Below, piece after piece: positions 40,461-50,209 of a DNA stretch of 64,000 nt (position 1 is the stretch's first letter; the number at the start of each line of letters is the position of its first letter). This DNA comes from a candidate division FCPU426 bacterium. GTDB lineage: Bacteria > Oederibacteriota > Muellerivitia > Muellerivitales > Muellerivitaceae. The notes beneath the pieces are model-generated. The model had not been told where the DNA came from. It made no database searches and saw nothing but the letters and a program-made list of their open reading frames with translations. The DNA lies in NCBI GenBank assembly GCA_027452205.1, contig DAIDGV010000003.1:201399-265398 (forward strand). Direction: 5' to 3'. The translations under genes and the position numbers were made by a program.

Positions 40461-40820
40461 ATGAAAAAGTTTTTAGGGATCATACTATTTGTGTTGGTGG
40501 TTTACGGTTGCACGGCCAATCCAACGACATCGAACCCAACCGTTACTCAAACATTGACATTGAACTGTTCTACCGCGAACATCCAGGTTTCCGGCACATT
40601 TTATGATATCAGTTCGCCGGCGACCGTCTTATTTCCTAGCGGAGGCGGCACCAGCGGATGCCCCTGCTCTTTTAATTTCACCACCGGCAAACACGATACC
40701 GTTGATTTCAAAGTAACTTTCAGTTCGCAGTGCACCTTCAGTTACACTCTCGGTTCTACTTCCAGTTCGGCGAGTACCGACTCCAACGGCAATTACACCA
40801 GCCCCGAGATCACCTTCTAA
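40461..40820 (+). CDS. small Cys-containing lipoprotein, hypothetical
   Basis: Lipobox LVVYGC after MKKFLGIILFV (ORF track starts 18 nt earlier at 40443). S/T-rich, 6 Cys, ends in Phe. Confidence 0.5.
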   Translation: MKKFLGIILFVLVVYGCTANPTTSNPTVTQTLTLNCSTANIQVSGTFYDISSPATVLFPSGGGTSGCPCSFNFTTGKHDTVDFKVTFSSQCTFSYTLGSTSSSASTDSNGNYTSPEITF

Positions 40821-40821
40821 A

Positions 40822-41928
40822 CTAGACCCGGAAGTAGCAATGCCCCGGGGCCTGTTGGACGAAACCCTGCAGTTCCAGCGACAACAACAATTCATTCAAC
40901 CGCCGGGGATTGGCCCCCGTTGACCGGGCCAAAGCATCGATGTGGACCGGCTCATAAGCCAAATGTTCCAGGACCGCTCTTTCTTCTTCGCTCAACCTTT
41001 CCGCAGAAGGTGTCGTGATACCCACTCGTGATTTGAGGACCGTGCTGGCATGGGTGTCATGCAGTTCATGAAAAATATCTTCAACACTCGTTACCAGTTT
41101 CGCTCCCTGCTGGATCAAGGCATGGGTCCCTTCGGATTGCTTTTGGTGGATGGGTCCGGGGACCGCAAAGACGGGCTTTCCCTGATCCAAGGCGTGATCG
41201 ACGGTAATGAAAGAACCACTGTCCTTATTCGCTTCGACGACTAGCACGCCCCGGGAGGCTCCACTGATAAGACGGTTGCGTTGGGGAAAATGCATGGCCA
41301 AAGGCTTGGCCGAAAGGGGATATTCGCTGAAAAGGGCTCCTCGAGAAACGATTTCCTCGGCCAATTTCTTATTCTCGGGCGGATAAATGTTCAAAAGACC
41401 GCTTCCCAGAAAGGCGACCGTGCGGCCTTTTGAGAACTTGAGCGCTCCCTCGTGAGCGATCGAATCAATGCCCCGGGCCAGCCCCGAGACGACCGTATAG
41501 CCTGCCCGGGTAATGTCCTCGCCCAATTTCAGAGCCGCCTGTTTTCCGTAAAGACTAGGCCTGCGGCAACCGATCACCGCGATCGCCTTTTCGTCCCCGG
41601 GAAGATATTCACCGGCCCGCCAAAGAACAAAGGGCGGATCATAGAGGGATTCAAAAACGGCTGGAAAATCATCATCACCCTGGACCAAAACCGAGATGTC
41701 CTGGGCTTGGGCTCGTTCTAATTCTCTTTCGACCCTTTCACCGGGATCCTTCAACGCGAGTACTTTTTGGGCACTAGCAAGGGTCCAGTCTTTGAGGCCG
41801 CCCAAAACATCCTCAGTTGCGCCAAAAGCATCGGACGGGTCATGAAATCGATCGACAAGGGATTTTAACCGACGAGGGCCCACCACACCGGAAAGATGTA
41901 GGGCTAATAGAGTCGTTCGATGATCCAT
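40822..41928 (-). CDS. dprA: DNA-processing protein DprA (Smf)
   Basis: Rossmann-like DprA core (AVIGCRRPSLYGKQAALKLGEDITRAGYTVVSGLARGIDSIAHEGAL) plus C-terminal winged-helix-like region. Confidence 0.85.
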   Translation of the reverse strand: MDHRTTLLALHLSGVVGPRRLKSLVDRFHDPSDAFGATEDVLGGLKDWTLASAQKVLALKDPGERVERELERAQAQDISVLVQGDDDFPAVFESLYDPPFVLWRAGEYLPGDEKAIAVIGCRRPSLYGKQAALKLGEDITRAGYTVVSGLARGIDSIAHEGALKFSKGRTVAFLGSGLLNIYPPENKKLAEEIVSRGALFSEYPLSAKPLAMHFPQRNRLISGASRGVLVVEANKDSGSFITVDHALDQGKPVFAVPGPIHQKQSEGTHALIQQGAKLVTSVEDIFHELHDTHASTVLKSRVGITTPSAERLSEEERAVLEHLAYEPVHIDALARSTGANPRRLNELLLSLELQGFVQQAPGHCYFRV

Positions 41929-41937
41929 GGAAAGCTA

Positions 41938-42855
41938 TTACGGTTTATAGACTGCTTCAAAACCAGAAGCGATCGATTCCGAGTCGTTCAGGATCTGCGC
42001 CAAACAATAACTGCCACCAGCATAAAAAACTTTCGCCCAACCTCTTCTTTTACGCTCTTTGCGGTTATCAGAATTAAAGGTTATTTCGAATAATTGAAAG
42101 GTCATTCCTTCCACCACTCCCTGTTTTTTTCCAGCAGTCAGGATGAGATAATCGTTTTGATTCCAAGTATCGTGACCACGTTCGCCCCCGGCCACGTAAC
42201 ATTTGATAGTCTCGCTAGGCAAGGTCTTGACAACCCGGGCCTTGTCCCAGAGGTTTCGTTCACTGTCATAGAACTTAACCGGACTTCCCGCCGGGATAAG
42301 TTCGAAGGAATTTTCCACGTCTGCTAAATAACGCTGTTTCCCCACTTGCTCTCTTACGCGCAGAACGGCCAAATTCTTGATGAACCGTTTGTAAAAATTC
42401 GCGATCTTGACGGTCAAAGAGCCGCCATCGCCAAAAACGATCAACCGGACCCCCGGATCCAATTTCATCTTATCGTCGTTTACAAGTACATAAACGGATT
42501 TTGCCGCGCTCAAGCTATTATCCAACTCCGGTGTTCCATCAATATGGCCGATCGAGGGAATGTTCTTGATATCATTGGCCGCGTAACCGCTGGTCAGGAA
42601 ATAATTGAAATTGAGCTCATTTAAGTCCTCAGGACTCGTCTCCTCTCTGCCGTTATCCTGTCCACCCTTTTCAGCGGACATCAAAGTATCCGCATCATCC
42701 TCGTCATTCGACGTCGGCGAGACAACAATGACGCCATTATCCTTTTTCACATCCACCGTTCCCGCCACGACCCACTGGGCCACGCCCATGGTCAGCAATC
42801 CTGACAAAAGCATCGTTAAAAAACCAACCCGGTTATTAATGGTAGCCAGGTTCAC
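41938..42855 (-). CDS. hypothetical secreted protein
   Basis: Signal/anchor helix, acidic low-complexity stretch (SNDEDDADTLMSAEKGGQDNGREETSPEDL), no recognised motifs. Overlaps the upstream gene by 4 nt. Confidence 0.45.
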   Translation of the reverse strand: MNLATINNRVGFLTMLLSGLLTMGVAQWVVAGTVDVKKDNGVIVVSPTSNDEDDADTLMSAEKGGQDNGREETSPEDLNELNFNYFLTSGYAANDIKNIPSIGHIDGTPELDNSLSAAKSVYVLVNDDKMKLDPGVRLIVFGDGGSLTVKIANFYKRFIKNLAVLRVREQVGKQRYLADVENSFELIPAGSPVKFYDSERNLWDKARVVKTLPSETIKCYVAGGERGHDTWNQNDYLILTAGKKQGVVEGMTFQLFEITFNSDNRKERKRRGWAKVFYAGGSYCLAQILNDSESIASGFEAVYKP

Positions 42856-43259
42856 TTTTGCACCTCATCGATGAGTGATTGCGCCTTGGACGCCCAATCA
42901 TCTTGCTTTGGATACTGGTCGATCACCGTTTGCAAATAGGGTATGGCCTGTACGCGCAAACCTTTGAGATATGAAGCATCTGCTTTGATCCTGCCACAAT
43001 AATAGAGAGCGGGCGCGCAAAGAGCCGCGTTATCAGGATAGGTTTGGTATAGATAATTGAACATCCGAATGGCCGTGTCCCCGTCGGTCAAAAACTCACA
43101 AGCCCGACCCGTATCATAAATTATTTCCGGCACATTGGGATCCGACTGGTTTTGTTGGGCCCACGTCAAGACCTGGTCCGCGACCAAATGGGGATTCAAA
43201 ACCACGACCAGGACCGCCCCGATGACCACCGCTATAAAGATCATAAACTTCAAATTCAT
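42852..43259 (-). CDS. small single-pass membrane protein with TPR-like helical repeats
   Basis: N-terminal TM (FMIFIAVVIGAVLVVVL). Helical-repeat composition, 135 aa. Confidence 0.4.
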   Translation of the reverse strand: MNLKFMIFIAVVIGAVLVVVLNPHLVADQVLTWAQQNQSDPNVPEIIYDTGRACEFLTDGDTAIRMFNYLYQTYPDNAALCAPALYYCGRIKADASYLKGLRVQAIPYLQTVIDQYPKQDDWASKAQSLIDEVQK

Positions 43260-43286
43260 GCTATCCCCTTAAAATAAAATGTAATG

Positions 43287-45593
43287 TTAACCGATCTTTG
43301 AAAAAATGCCGCTTAGAGTATTCTTCTTGATCTTCGCTTCCTCGATCTTCTTGGAGATCTTATCGTTCAACGGGTCCAGATCGAATACCTTCGACCAAAT
43401 GCGGATGGCCCGGTCCATATCATTGGCATCGTAATATTGCTTTCCTTCGACATATATCTTTTCATTGATCTGTTGGATCTGCGCTTTGATCCCGTCCAAT
43501 TGACGCACGGCATCCGGATGACCGGGCGAAAGGCGGATGACCTTGTTGAATTGCTTTTGGGCTTGGTTCAGGTCGCCTATTTGGACCGCCTGGACACCTT
43601 CCTCATAAAATTCTTTGATCTGTTGTTCTTCCATGTGGACTGCCTTTTGAAGGTATGCGTTCAAATAAACGTTACCTTCGGCCTTGCCCAATCCCCGTTT
43701 GAAGAAGTCCGTTGCGGTCTGAAAATCGCCTTTTACGTAACTCTTGACGCCTTGTTCGAACATACCCAGGATGATGGCCTTTTCAGGGTTTCCGTCCAAA
43801 CCATCCACGCCCACTGAAAGGATCTGGGCGATACCCTGTTGTATATATTGCGCCACATCCGTCAACTCGGAGTTGACCTCATAAGCTTGGTTCCAGAGGA
43901 CCAAAGCGGCTAAGAGGTCTCCCGCTTTATAGGCGTCAATAGCGCCCTGGTTATATTCATTCGCCTTGAGGCGGGCTTTTTCTTGCTGGGCCGCCTTTTT
44001 CAATTCGCGCAAAAGCACACCCGCTTGTTCGTGATTCGGGTCAAAGATCAACACCTGTTCCACACTGGCGATGGCGTTTGTTATGTCGTTCTGTTGTTTA
44101 TAGGTCATCGCCGCTTGATAGTATTGGAGAGCCTTCGCCTTGTTCTCTTGCTCATCTTGGATGGCTTTCAAATAACCCTGAGCCTGTTTGTTTTCCGGAT
44201 CCACTTCCAAAGCCTTCTGGAATTCGATGATGGCCGCTTGGGCTTTTCCTTCACGGTACATTTGCAGGGCCGCCTTGATCACCGAACCGGCATCTTTTTT
44301 CTTTTCAGTCTTACTTTCCAATTCCCGCAGTTGGGCCATGAGCACATTGGCCTCTTTATGGTCGGGTATCTCCATCAAGATGCGCTTGATCTCCGCGCGA
44401 GCTTCATCATAACGGCGCTTATCAAAATAATCCTGGCCTCGGCGAAGCCAACCGGCCACCCGTTCCTTGCGCTGATCCCCCTCAAGTTGGGACATAAGCG
44501 ATTGCGCGGAAGCCCTGGAGGAAGAAATGCCCTTGAGACCGAGGTCGATCTCACTGGGCGAACTGGCCTGCTCCATCGCGCTTTCGCGGCTAATGAAATT
44601 GGCCCGCACCAACCCGATCAAGGATTGATCAAAGGTCTGCATACCATACTGGCTATTCCCCTCAGCGATGAACTGACGGATACTGCTGATCTTCCCGTCT
44701 GCGATAAGGGATTTGATGGTCGGCGTCACGATCATGATCTCGCAAGCAGGCACCACTCCTACCCCGCCAGCCTTAGTGACCAAACGTTGGGAAATGACCG
44801 CCCGCAGCGTATTCGACAATTGTATCCGGATCTGGTTCTGCTGTTCCGGCGGGAAGAAATCGAGGATACGTTCAATGGTCTGGGTCGTATCCATGGTGTG
44901 CAGGGTGGACAAGACCAAGTGACCTGTTTCGGCAGCTGTAATAGCCGCCTGAACCGTTTCCACATCGCGCATTTCACCGACCAGGATGATGTCCGGATCT
45001 TGGCGCAAAACATATTTGAGGGCCGAACGGAAGGTCTCCGTATCAAGCCCCACTTCTCGCTGGGTGATACTGGATTTTTTGTCTTGGTGAACGAACTCGA
45101 TCGGGTCTTCCACGGTCACGATATGGGACGCGCGGTTCATGTTCATCTCATTGATCATGGCCGCTAGGGTCGTGGACTTACCGGACCCGGTAATACCCGT
45201 GACCAGGATAAGACCCCGGGGTTCCATCGCGATCTGTTTCAAGACCGCCGTAGGCATATTGATGTCCTCGATCTGGGGCACATGGGTCGGGATGACCCGC
45301 ATGATGATCTCCGGCAATCCCCTTTGCCAAAGGATGTTCGTACGGAACCGGGCCAACCCCTGTACCTCATAGGCCAAATCCACCTCTCGGTGATTCTCGA
45401 AATAGGCTTGCCGCTGTTTATCGTCCATCAATTGACCGGCCACTTCACGCATTTCTTCCACGGAAAGGGCGGTCTCACTTTGGGGGGACAGATCGCCATC
45501 GATACGGAAAAGAGGGGGAGCACCCGCCTTCAGGTGCACGTCAGAGGCTTTATGTTCGACCATGGAATGTAGGATTTGATGCAGGTCCATCAA
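43287..45593 (-). CDS. pilT: PilT-type type IV pilus retraction ATPase fused to a ~420-aa C-terminal TPR-repeat domain
   Basis: Residues 1-350 are a full PilT (Walker A GITGSGKSTTLAAM, Asp box, His box, AIRNLIRE-like SIRQFIAEG). Residues 350-768 are consecutive TPR-like repeats. Confidence 0.75.
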   Translation of the reverse strand: MMDLHQILHSMVEHKASDVHLKAGAPPLFRIDGDLSPQSETALSVEEMREVAGQLMDDKQRQAYFENHREVDLAYEVQGLARFRTNILWQRGLPEIIMRVIPTHVPQIEDINMPTAVLKQIAMEPRGLILVTGITGSGKSTTLAAMINEMNMNRASHIVTVEDPIEFVHQDKKSSITQREVGLDTETFRSALKYVLRQDPDIILVGEMRDVETVQAAITAAETGHLVLSTLHTMDTTQTIERILDFFPPEQQNQIRIQLSNTLRAVISQRLVTKAGGVGVVPACEIMIVTPTIKSLIADGKISSIRQFIAEGNSQYGMQTFDQSLIGLVRANFISRESAMEQASSPSEIDLGLKGISSSRASAQSLMSQLEGDQRKERVAGWLRRGQDYFDKRRYDEARAEIKRILMEIPDHKEANVLMAQLRELESKTEKKKDAGSVIKAALQMYREGKAQAAIIEFQKALEVDPENKQAQGYLKAIQDEQENKAKALQYYQAAMTYKQQNDITNAIASVEQVLIFDPNHEQAGVLLRELKKAAQQEKARLKANEYNQGAIDAYKAGDLLAALVLWNQAYEVNSELTDVAQYIQQGIAQILSVGVDGLDGNPEKAIILGMFEQGVKSYVKGDFQTATDFFKRGLGKAEGNVYLNAYLQKAVHMEEQQIKEFYEEGVQAVQIGDLNQAQKQFNKVIRLSPGHPDAVRQLDGIKAQIQQINEKIYVEGKQYYDANDMDRAIRIWSKVFDLDPLNDKISKKIEEAKIKKNTLSGIFSKIG

Positions 45594-45677
45594 AATTCTC
45601 CCGGTAGGTCCGGCTGGTCAGCGAAGGTGTTCATTATAACAATAAAAGCCCGGCAAAATTCATCCCCCTTCGCTATT

Positions 45678-47879
45678 TTAGGGCGCTTTTTCCATGATCG
45701 CGGCCCGGGTCTCATTGGATAAAAAGACGGCCCCTTCTCGATTGAACCATTCGATTAAGCGACCATAATCGGCCAAGGTTTTATCCCGCATCGGAGGCGT
45801 AGTTTTTACCATTTCTTCCCAACTCCCCTCCCAATGCCGCCGGACACCCTTCTTGCCTTCGCTTGTTAGGCTGGGATTCTCGTCATTTTTATTCAAACCC
45901 AAGTCCAAATAAGCACGGGCCTGCGCCACATTGCCATCAAGCAGATAGAGATGAGCCAAATTTATGTATGCTCCCAGATCATAAGGATTGGCCTCAATGG
46001 CTTTCTGGTTCAACCGCATGGCCAACTTGAAATATCCCTTTTGTGCGCACAGGCCCGCCATCGGTCCCATCATATTCAATGCCGGATCCAATTCATGACC
46101 TTTGTCGATAAAGACCAAGGCATGGTCCAGATCGCCCTTTTGACGGAACCAAAAGCCCATATCGAAATATTGTTGTGTATAGAACATTTGGATCTCATGA
46201 GTCGTTACATCTTCCGCGTCAAAGGTTTCGTCCAAATCCCGGTGGCGCTCCAGAGCGACTTTCTCGTCAAAGGACCGGATCACCTCATCCGACCCCGGTT
46301 CCTTTTGGCCCCACTTTTGGGTCAAGGCCCAGGGGAACCAATATCCATTGAAACGTTTCGGGAAGCTGGTCTGCATTTCACGCAGGTCCAAGAACAATCC
46401 CCGTCCATCCACCAGGCTGGTCAAAGCCTCTAAGTGGGCCGGTAGTTCCTTCAAGTTGTTCAAGGACCGAGGCGCTTTTGGTTCTTGCGCTCCTAATTGG
46501 GCCCAACCCCAGTCATGCAAAAGGAAATGCGATACTTGAAAAACCAAGTCCTTCCTCTTGCCTTCAACTTCCCTTTCATAAACGAGTGGCATGACATAAA
46601 TATCCGAATCGGCCAGGAAAATGGACCGGGCCGGAAGGAACTTGACGGCATTCAAGGCGAGATCGGAAGACGCTGTATATCGACTCTTATTTTCATGATG
46701 GAAAGTCCAAAAACACCAACCGCATGCCGCGATCAACAAGAACACCACCGCTATTCGTCCGATCCGTTCCTTTTGATCGACCAGACCCTTGGACAAATAG
46801 AACGCCATCAGCGCTTGGGTCGGCACCAAATAAACCCCTACCAAAAATCGGGTCTCTTCCCTTGGGATCATCAGGACACCCAGGACCATGGGCAGGTAAA
46901 ACATCAAGCTCGAGCAAAAAAGAGCCCGATTGGAGCGATAAAGACAGAAAGCTCCCCATAGTGCGAACAAGAGTATTCCCGGAAGCCAATGGCTTCCGAG
47001 CACTTTTAAATATTCGCCCATGAACGAAAGATAGTAGGAAGAAGAACGGAACAGCGGCTCACTGCCGGAGGCCAACTTGCGGCTCACGACCCACCAAAAC
47101 TCAGATAGAGACATCGGGTTCCCCCAACAAAAACCAGGTTTTTGCGCGGCACGTAAGGGCAGATAAAGATAGGTCGACAGTCCGATCAAGAGGACCGAAA
47201 GGCCCTGGATCGTTCTTTTTATGCCCCACTGGAACTTTTCCTGCCAACCCCAATAGACCAGGAAAGGCACCCAAAGCACTTGGCTTTCCCAGTGATTCGT
47301 CATGCCGACTGCCCACAAGAACCAAAGGAACAGGAACAATGGCGTCGAAAGACCTTTGCCTTCGTTCCGGACCCTCAACCACCAAAAGAAAGACAAAAAG
47401 AGGAGTGTCAAGGTATAAACCCCACCTTTGGCGGTCAAAGCTTGGGCAAAAACACTTCGACAGGAAAAAAGAAAAAGAAGGACCGCGATCGTCAAAAAAG
47501 TTGGCTTCCATCCAGCCGCTTCTTTGTTCGAAGAAATTTTTAAAGCGGATACCCCGACAAAAGCCAGTGACAAAAGAACGAAAAGACTAGAAAGCAGATT
47601 CAATCGAAAAGCGACAATACCCACGGGAACCAGTGAAAAAAGTCGCCCCAAAAGACAGAACAAGGGATAACCCGGCGGATGGGGCAATCCCAGCCCATAG
47701 GCCGCTGCCACCATTTCCCCGCTGTCATCCGACATCAAACCCGGGTTCTGGGCCCAAAGCGTGATCTGCCACAAAACCAAAAGGAACAGACACCAAGCCC
47801 ACAAGGGCGGTAATTTGATGGGTTTTACGGTGGTCATTTTGAACCCGCCTAGCGCTTGGGTTTGTTGATCAACTTCCAC
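45678..47879 (-). CDS. DUF2723/TMTC-like polytopic membrane protein (GT-C fold) with C-terminal TPR domain
   Basis: N-terminal motif DSGEMVAAAYGLGLPHPPGYPLF typical of DUF2723. About 11 TM helices. C-terminal TPR repeats. Confidence 0.6.
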   Translation of the reverse strand: MEVDQQTQALGGFKMTTVKPIKLPPLWAWCLFLLVLWQITLWAQNPGLMSDDSGEMVAAAYGLGLPHPPGYPLFCLLGRLFSLVPVGIVAFRLNLLSSLFVLLSLAFVGVSALKISSNKEAAGWKPTFLTIAVLLFLFSCRSVFAQALTAKGGVYTLTLLFLSFFWWLRVRNEGKGLSTPLFLFLWFLWAVGMTNHWESQVLWVPFLVYWGWQEKFQWGIKRTIQGLSVLLIGLSTYLYLPLRAAQKPGFCWGNPMSLSEFWWVVSRKLASGSEPLFRSSSYYLSFMGEYLKVLGSHWLPGILLFALWGAFCLYRSNRALFCSSLMFYLPMVLGVLMIPREETRFLVGVYLVPTQALMAFYLSKGLVDQKERIGRIAVVFLLIAACGWCFWTFHHENKSRYTASSDLALNAVKFLPARSIFLADSDIYVMPLVYEREVEGKRKDLVFQVSHFLLHDWGWAQLGAQEPKAPRSLNNLKELPAHLEALTSLVDGRGLFLDLREMQTSFPKRFNGYWFPWALTQKWGQKEPGSDEVIRSFDEKVALERHRDLDETFDAEDVTTHEIQMFYTQQYFDMGFWFRQKGDLDHALVFIDKGHELDPALNMMGPMAGLCAQKGYFKLAMRLNQKAIEANPYDLGAYINLAHLYLLDGNVAQARAYLDLGLNKNDENPSLTSEGKKGVRRHWEGSWEEMVKTTPPMRDKTLADYGRLIEWFNREGAVFLSNETRAAIMEKAP

Positions 47880-50209
47880 AACTCTACTTGAGCTTCTTTA
47901 TTCTGCGGGTCCACCGTAATGACCGACCGGAAAGCCTCCTCTGCCTTGCCCCAATCCCCAGACTGCTCCATGGCGTGTCCCAAGGCCATTTGAGCTTCCA
48001 CTTGCTTCGGGTTTATCTGGACCGAGGATTCCAAAAGGGCCTTTGCCTCTTGGACCCTTCCTTGTTTTTCATAGATCTTGGAAAGTTGGTATTGGGCATC
48101 CGCCAATTCACTATTGAGTTTCACCAATTGGCCCAGGTCGTCCGCCGACTTGGTCGAATCCTTTGCCTCTTGGGCGGCATCCAAAGCCCTCATCAATTGA
48201 TCGATAGCTTTCGGATGGGTTTGAAGCACCTTTTCATATTCCAACTGGGCCGCTTCCAGCAAATTATGCTGGGAATAGATAAGGGAAAGTTGGTCCATGG
48301 ACCCTTTATCCGCCGGGTCCAATCGCGCCGCGCGGTCAAAAGCGTGAATGGCATCCGCATATCTTCCCTGCGCCAAAAGCGACTGCCCCAGCGCCTTGAA
48401 ACCTTCTACATAGCTTTTTAAATAGGCCCTGGACCTTTTATCCATTCCCTCGTGGGCAATTGGGATCAAAGACAGGTCATAACGGTATTGAAAGCTCGCC
48501 GGGTCCACCAGATCGGTCTGGTCTTGGAACAACTCGGTCAAACCCGTGGGCACCGCCGCGGGCTCTGTCCAACCGGAAGGTAACCCCAGGCGACACCAAT
48601 GGATCTGCCAGCGGTCCCGGTTGTCCAGCACCAGACTTTTGACCAAAAGCTCCGGGGTGCCTATCGAATTGGAGAACAACAACTCAGGCTTTTTCTCAAT
48701 CCATTGGGACAGATACCAACGCTGATCCAGGCAATTGGGATCGATGACCGCTCCCTGTCGGTTTGAAGGCTCCATCCACCAAGCTTCCAATGTTCCGTAG
48801 TATTCAAAAGGACTATCACAGATCAAAAGCGACCGCTGCCCTAGAGGGCGAATCAAGTTCAAAGCGTGTTGCTGTGGAAAGAAATATTGGTCCCTGACCT
48901 GTCTTTGACCTGGCAGCCAAGTCAATCCCATGGCGATCAAAAGGCCTAAAAAAGCCAGCCAGCCCACGTTCGCTTTTGACAGCAAGCGGTTAGAAAGGCC
49001 AGCCCGGCGGTCGAAGGAGAACGCGAAGAACCCGGCCATCCCAGCCACGAACCAAAGCGAGGTCGCTCCCAAAAGATCGGTGCTATTGGAGTAGAAAAGA
49101 ACCGCTCCACCGCCACAGAGAAGCCAAACCCAAAGATCCATCGGTGAGACCATTTTGCGGGACATCTCCACCCCGTTGAGCAGATTGAAAAGCCCTAAAA
49201 GCGCCGTCAACAAGAGCAAAAACGCCACTTCCCATCCCAAAGCGCCCAAAGCGTTCGTCCAAGACCAATCGGTAGCGAAATGCTTCAACATCAAGCCAAA
49301 AGACGAACGAAGCATCTCTAAAAAGGGCTTTTGCCCGCCCCAAGAGGGAAACATGCTCCCCTTCCGGAAAAAGACCCAAAGATAGGGAGAAAGGCCCAAT
49401 AGGAAAGCGAACCAGTTCTTGTCCATTTCATTGCGCACTGCCTCGTGGGCCCAAAAGGACAAGAGGCCGGCCAAACCCCAAAGAGGATGGACACACCAAA
49501 GAAGTCCCATTAAGAGCGTTGATAGGACTGAATGGTCTTTCCCCAATTGAAGTGAATGCCGTTGAAGGAGGAACAACAGAAGACCCAACCCCGAAACCAG
49601 CCCCGAGGCCATGGTGGCCGCCGTCCACAGGGGGCGGCTCAGGCCCAGCGCCAAACAAACGAACAAGACAAACAATTGATGCAGACGGATCTTGCTCTTG
49701 AATTGACTTAGCAGCTCTTGGGCCGTCACGAACAAGACCAAGGAGATCACAAACCCGGAAAGCATCGGGAGAACGGAAAAAACATGGTCCGGGAAAAGAT
49801 AACAGGTCGCTTCCCCGATCATATAGGCCAAAGGCGACCAGATCGGCTCCACTACCGCCCCCGCATGGACCGCCAACCAAAAAGAGGGGTCATATCCCCA
49901 GTAAAAAGAAGGAAGGGCTGAATAGAAATAAAGGGCAAGGAGCGGCACTGCTGCCAAAAGCCCCAGAACGAAGGAAACGCGGGTCACCCGGACGGCCTTT
50001 CCGGCATTCCATCGGAAAGCAAAACAGAGGAGACCTAACAGAACGGCACTGGCGCCAGAGCCCAGATAATCATGGCCAAATCTCCACCAGCCCCAAAGGG
50101 TAAAACCAGTTCCCAAAAGCAACAATATCCCCTGGATCCTTTCCCAATTTTCCTCTTGGAGCCGGACTTCTTCGTCAGCGGCTAGTTCTTCGATATTGTT
50201 ATGCTTCAT
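47849..50209 (-). CDS. paralogous polytopic membrane protein with C-terminal TPR domain
   Basis: More than 12 TM segments followed by TPR repeats (GRYADAIHAFDRAARLDP, GRVQEAKALLESSVQINP). Overlaps the downstream DUF2723 gene by 31 nt. Confidence 0.5.
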   Translation of the reverse strand: MKHNNIEELAADEEVRLQEENWERIQGILLLLGTGFTLWGWWRFGHDYLGSGASAVLLGLLCFAFRWNAGKAVRVTRVSFVLGLLAAVPLLALYFYSALPSFYWGYDPSFWLAVHAGAVVEPIWSPLAYMIGEATCYLFPDHVFSVLPMLSGFVISLVLFVTAQELLSQFKSKIRLHQLFVLFVCLALGLSRPLWTAATMASGLVSGLGLLLFLLQRHSLQLGKDHSVLSTLLMGLLWCVHPLWGLAGLLSFWAHEAVRNEMDKNWFAFLLGLSPYLWVFFRKGSMFPSWGGQKPFLEMLRSSFGLMLKHFATDWSWTNALGALGWEVAFLLLLTALLGLFNLLNGVEMSRKMVSPMDLWVWLLCGGGAVLFYSNSTDLLGATSLWFVAGMAGFFAFSFDRRAGLSNRLLSKANVGWLAFLGLLIAMGLTWLPGQRQVRDQYFFPQQHALNLIRPLGQRSLLICDSPFEYYGTLEAWWMEPSNRQGAVIDPNCLDQRWYLSQWIEKKPELLFSNSIGTPELLVKSLVLDNRDRWQIHWCRLGLPSGWTEPAAVPTGLTELFQDQTDLVDPASFQYRYDLSLIPIAHEGMDKRSRAYLKSYVEGFKALGQSLLAQGRYADAIHAFDRAARLDPADKGSMDQLSLIYSQHNLLEAAQLEYEKVLQTHPKAIDQLMRALDAAQEAKDSTKSADDLGQLVKLNSELADAQYQLSKIYEKQGRVQEAKALLESSVQINPKQVEAQMALGHAMEQSGDWGKAEEAFRSVITVDPQNKEAQVELWKLINKPKR

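Noticed and set aside
43983-45167. 394-aa plus-strand ORF
   Set aside because: Antisense inside the PilT-TPR gene; leucine/arginine-rich junk translation.
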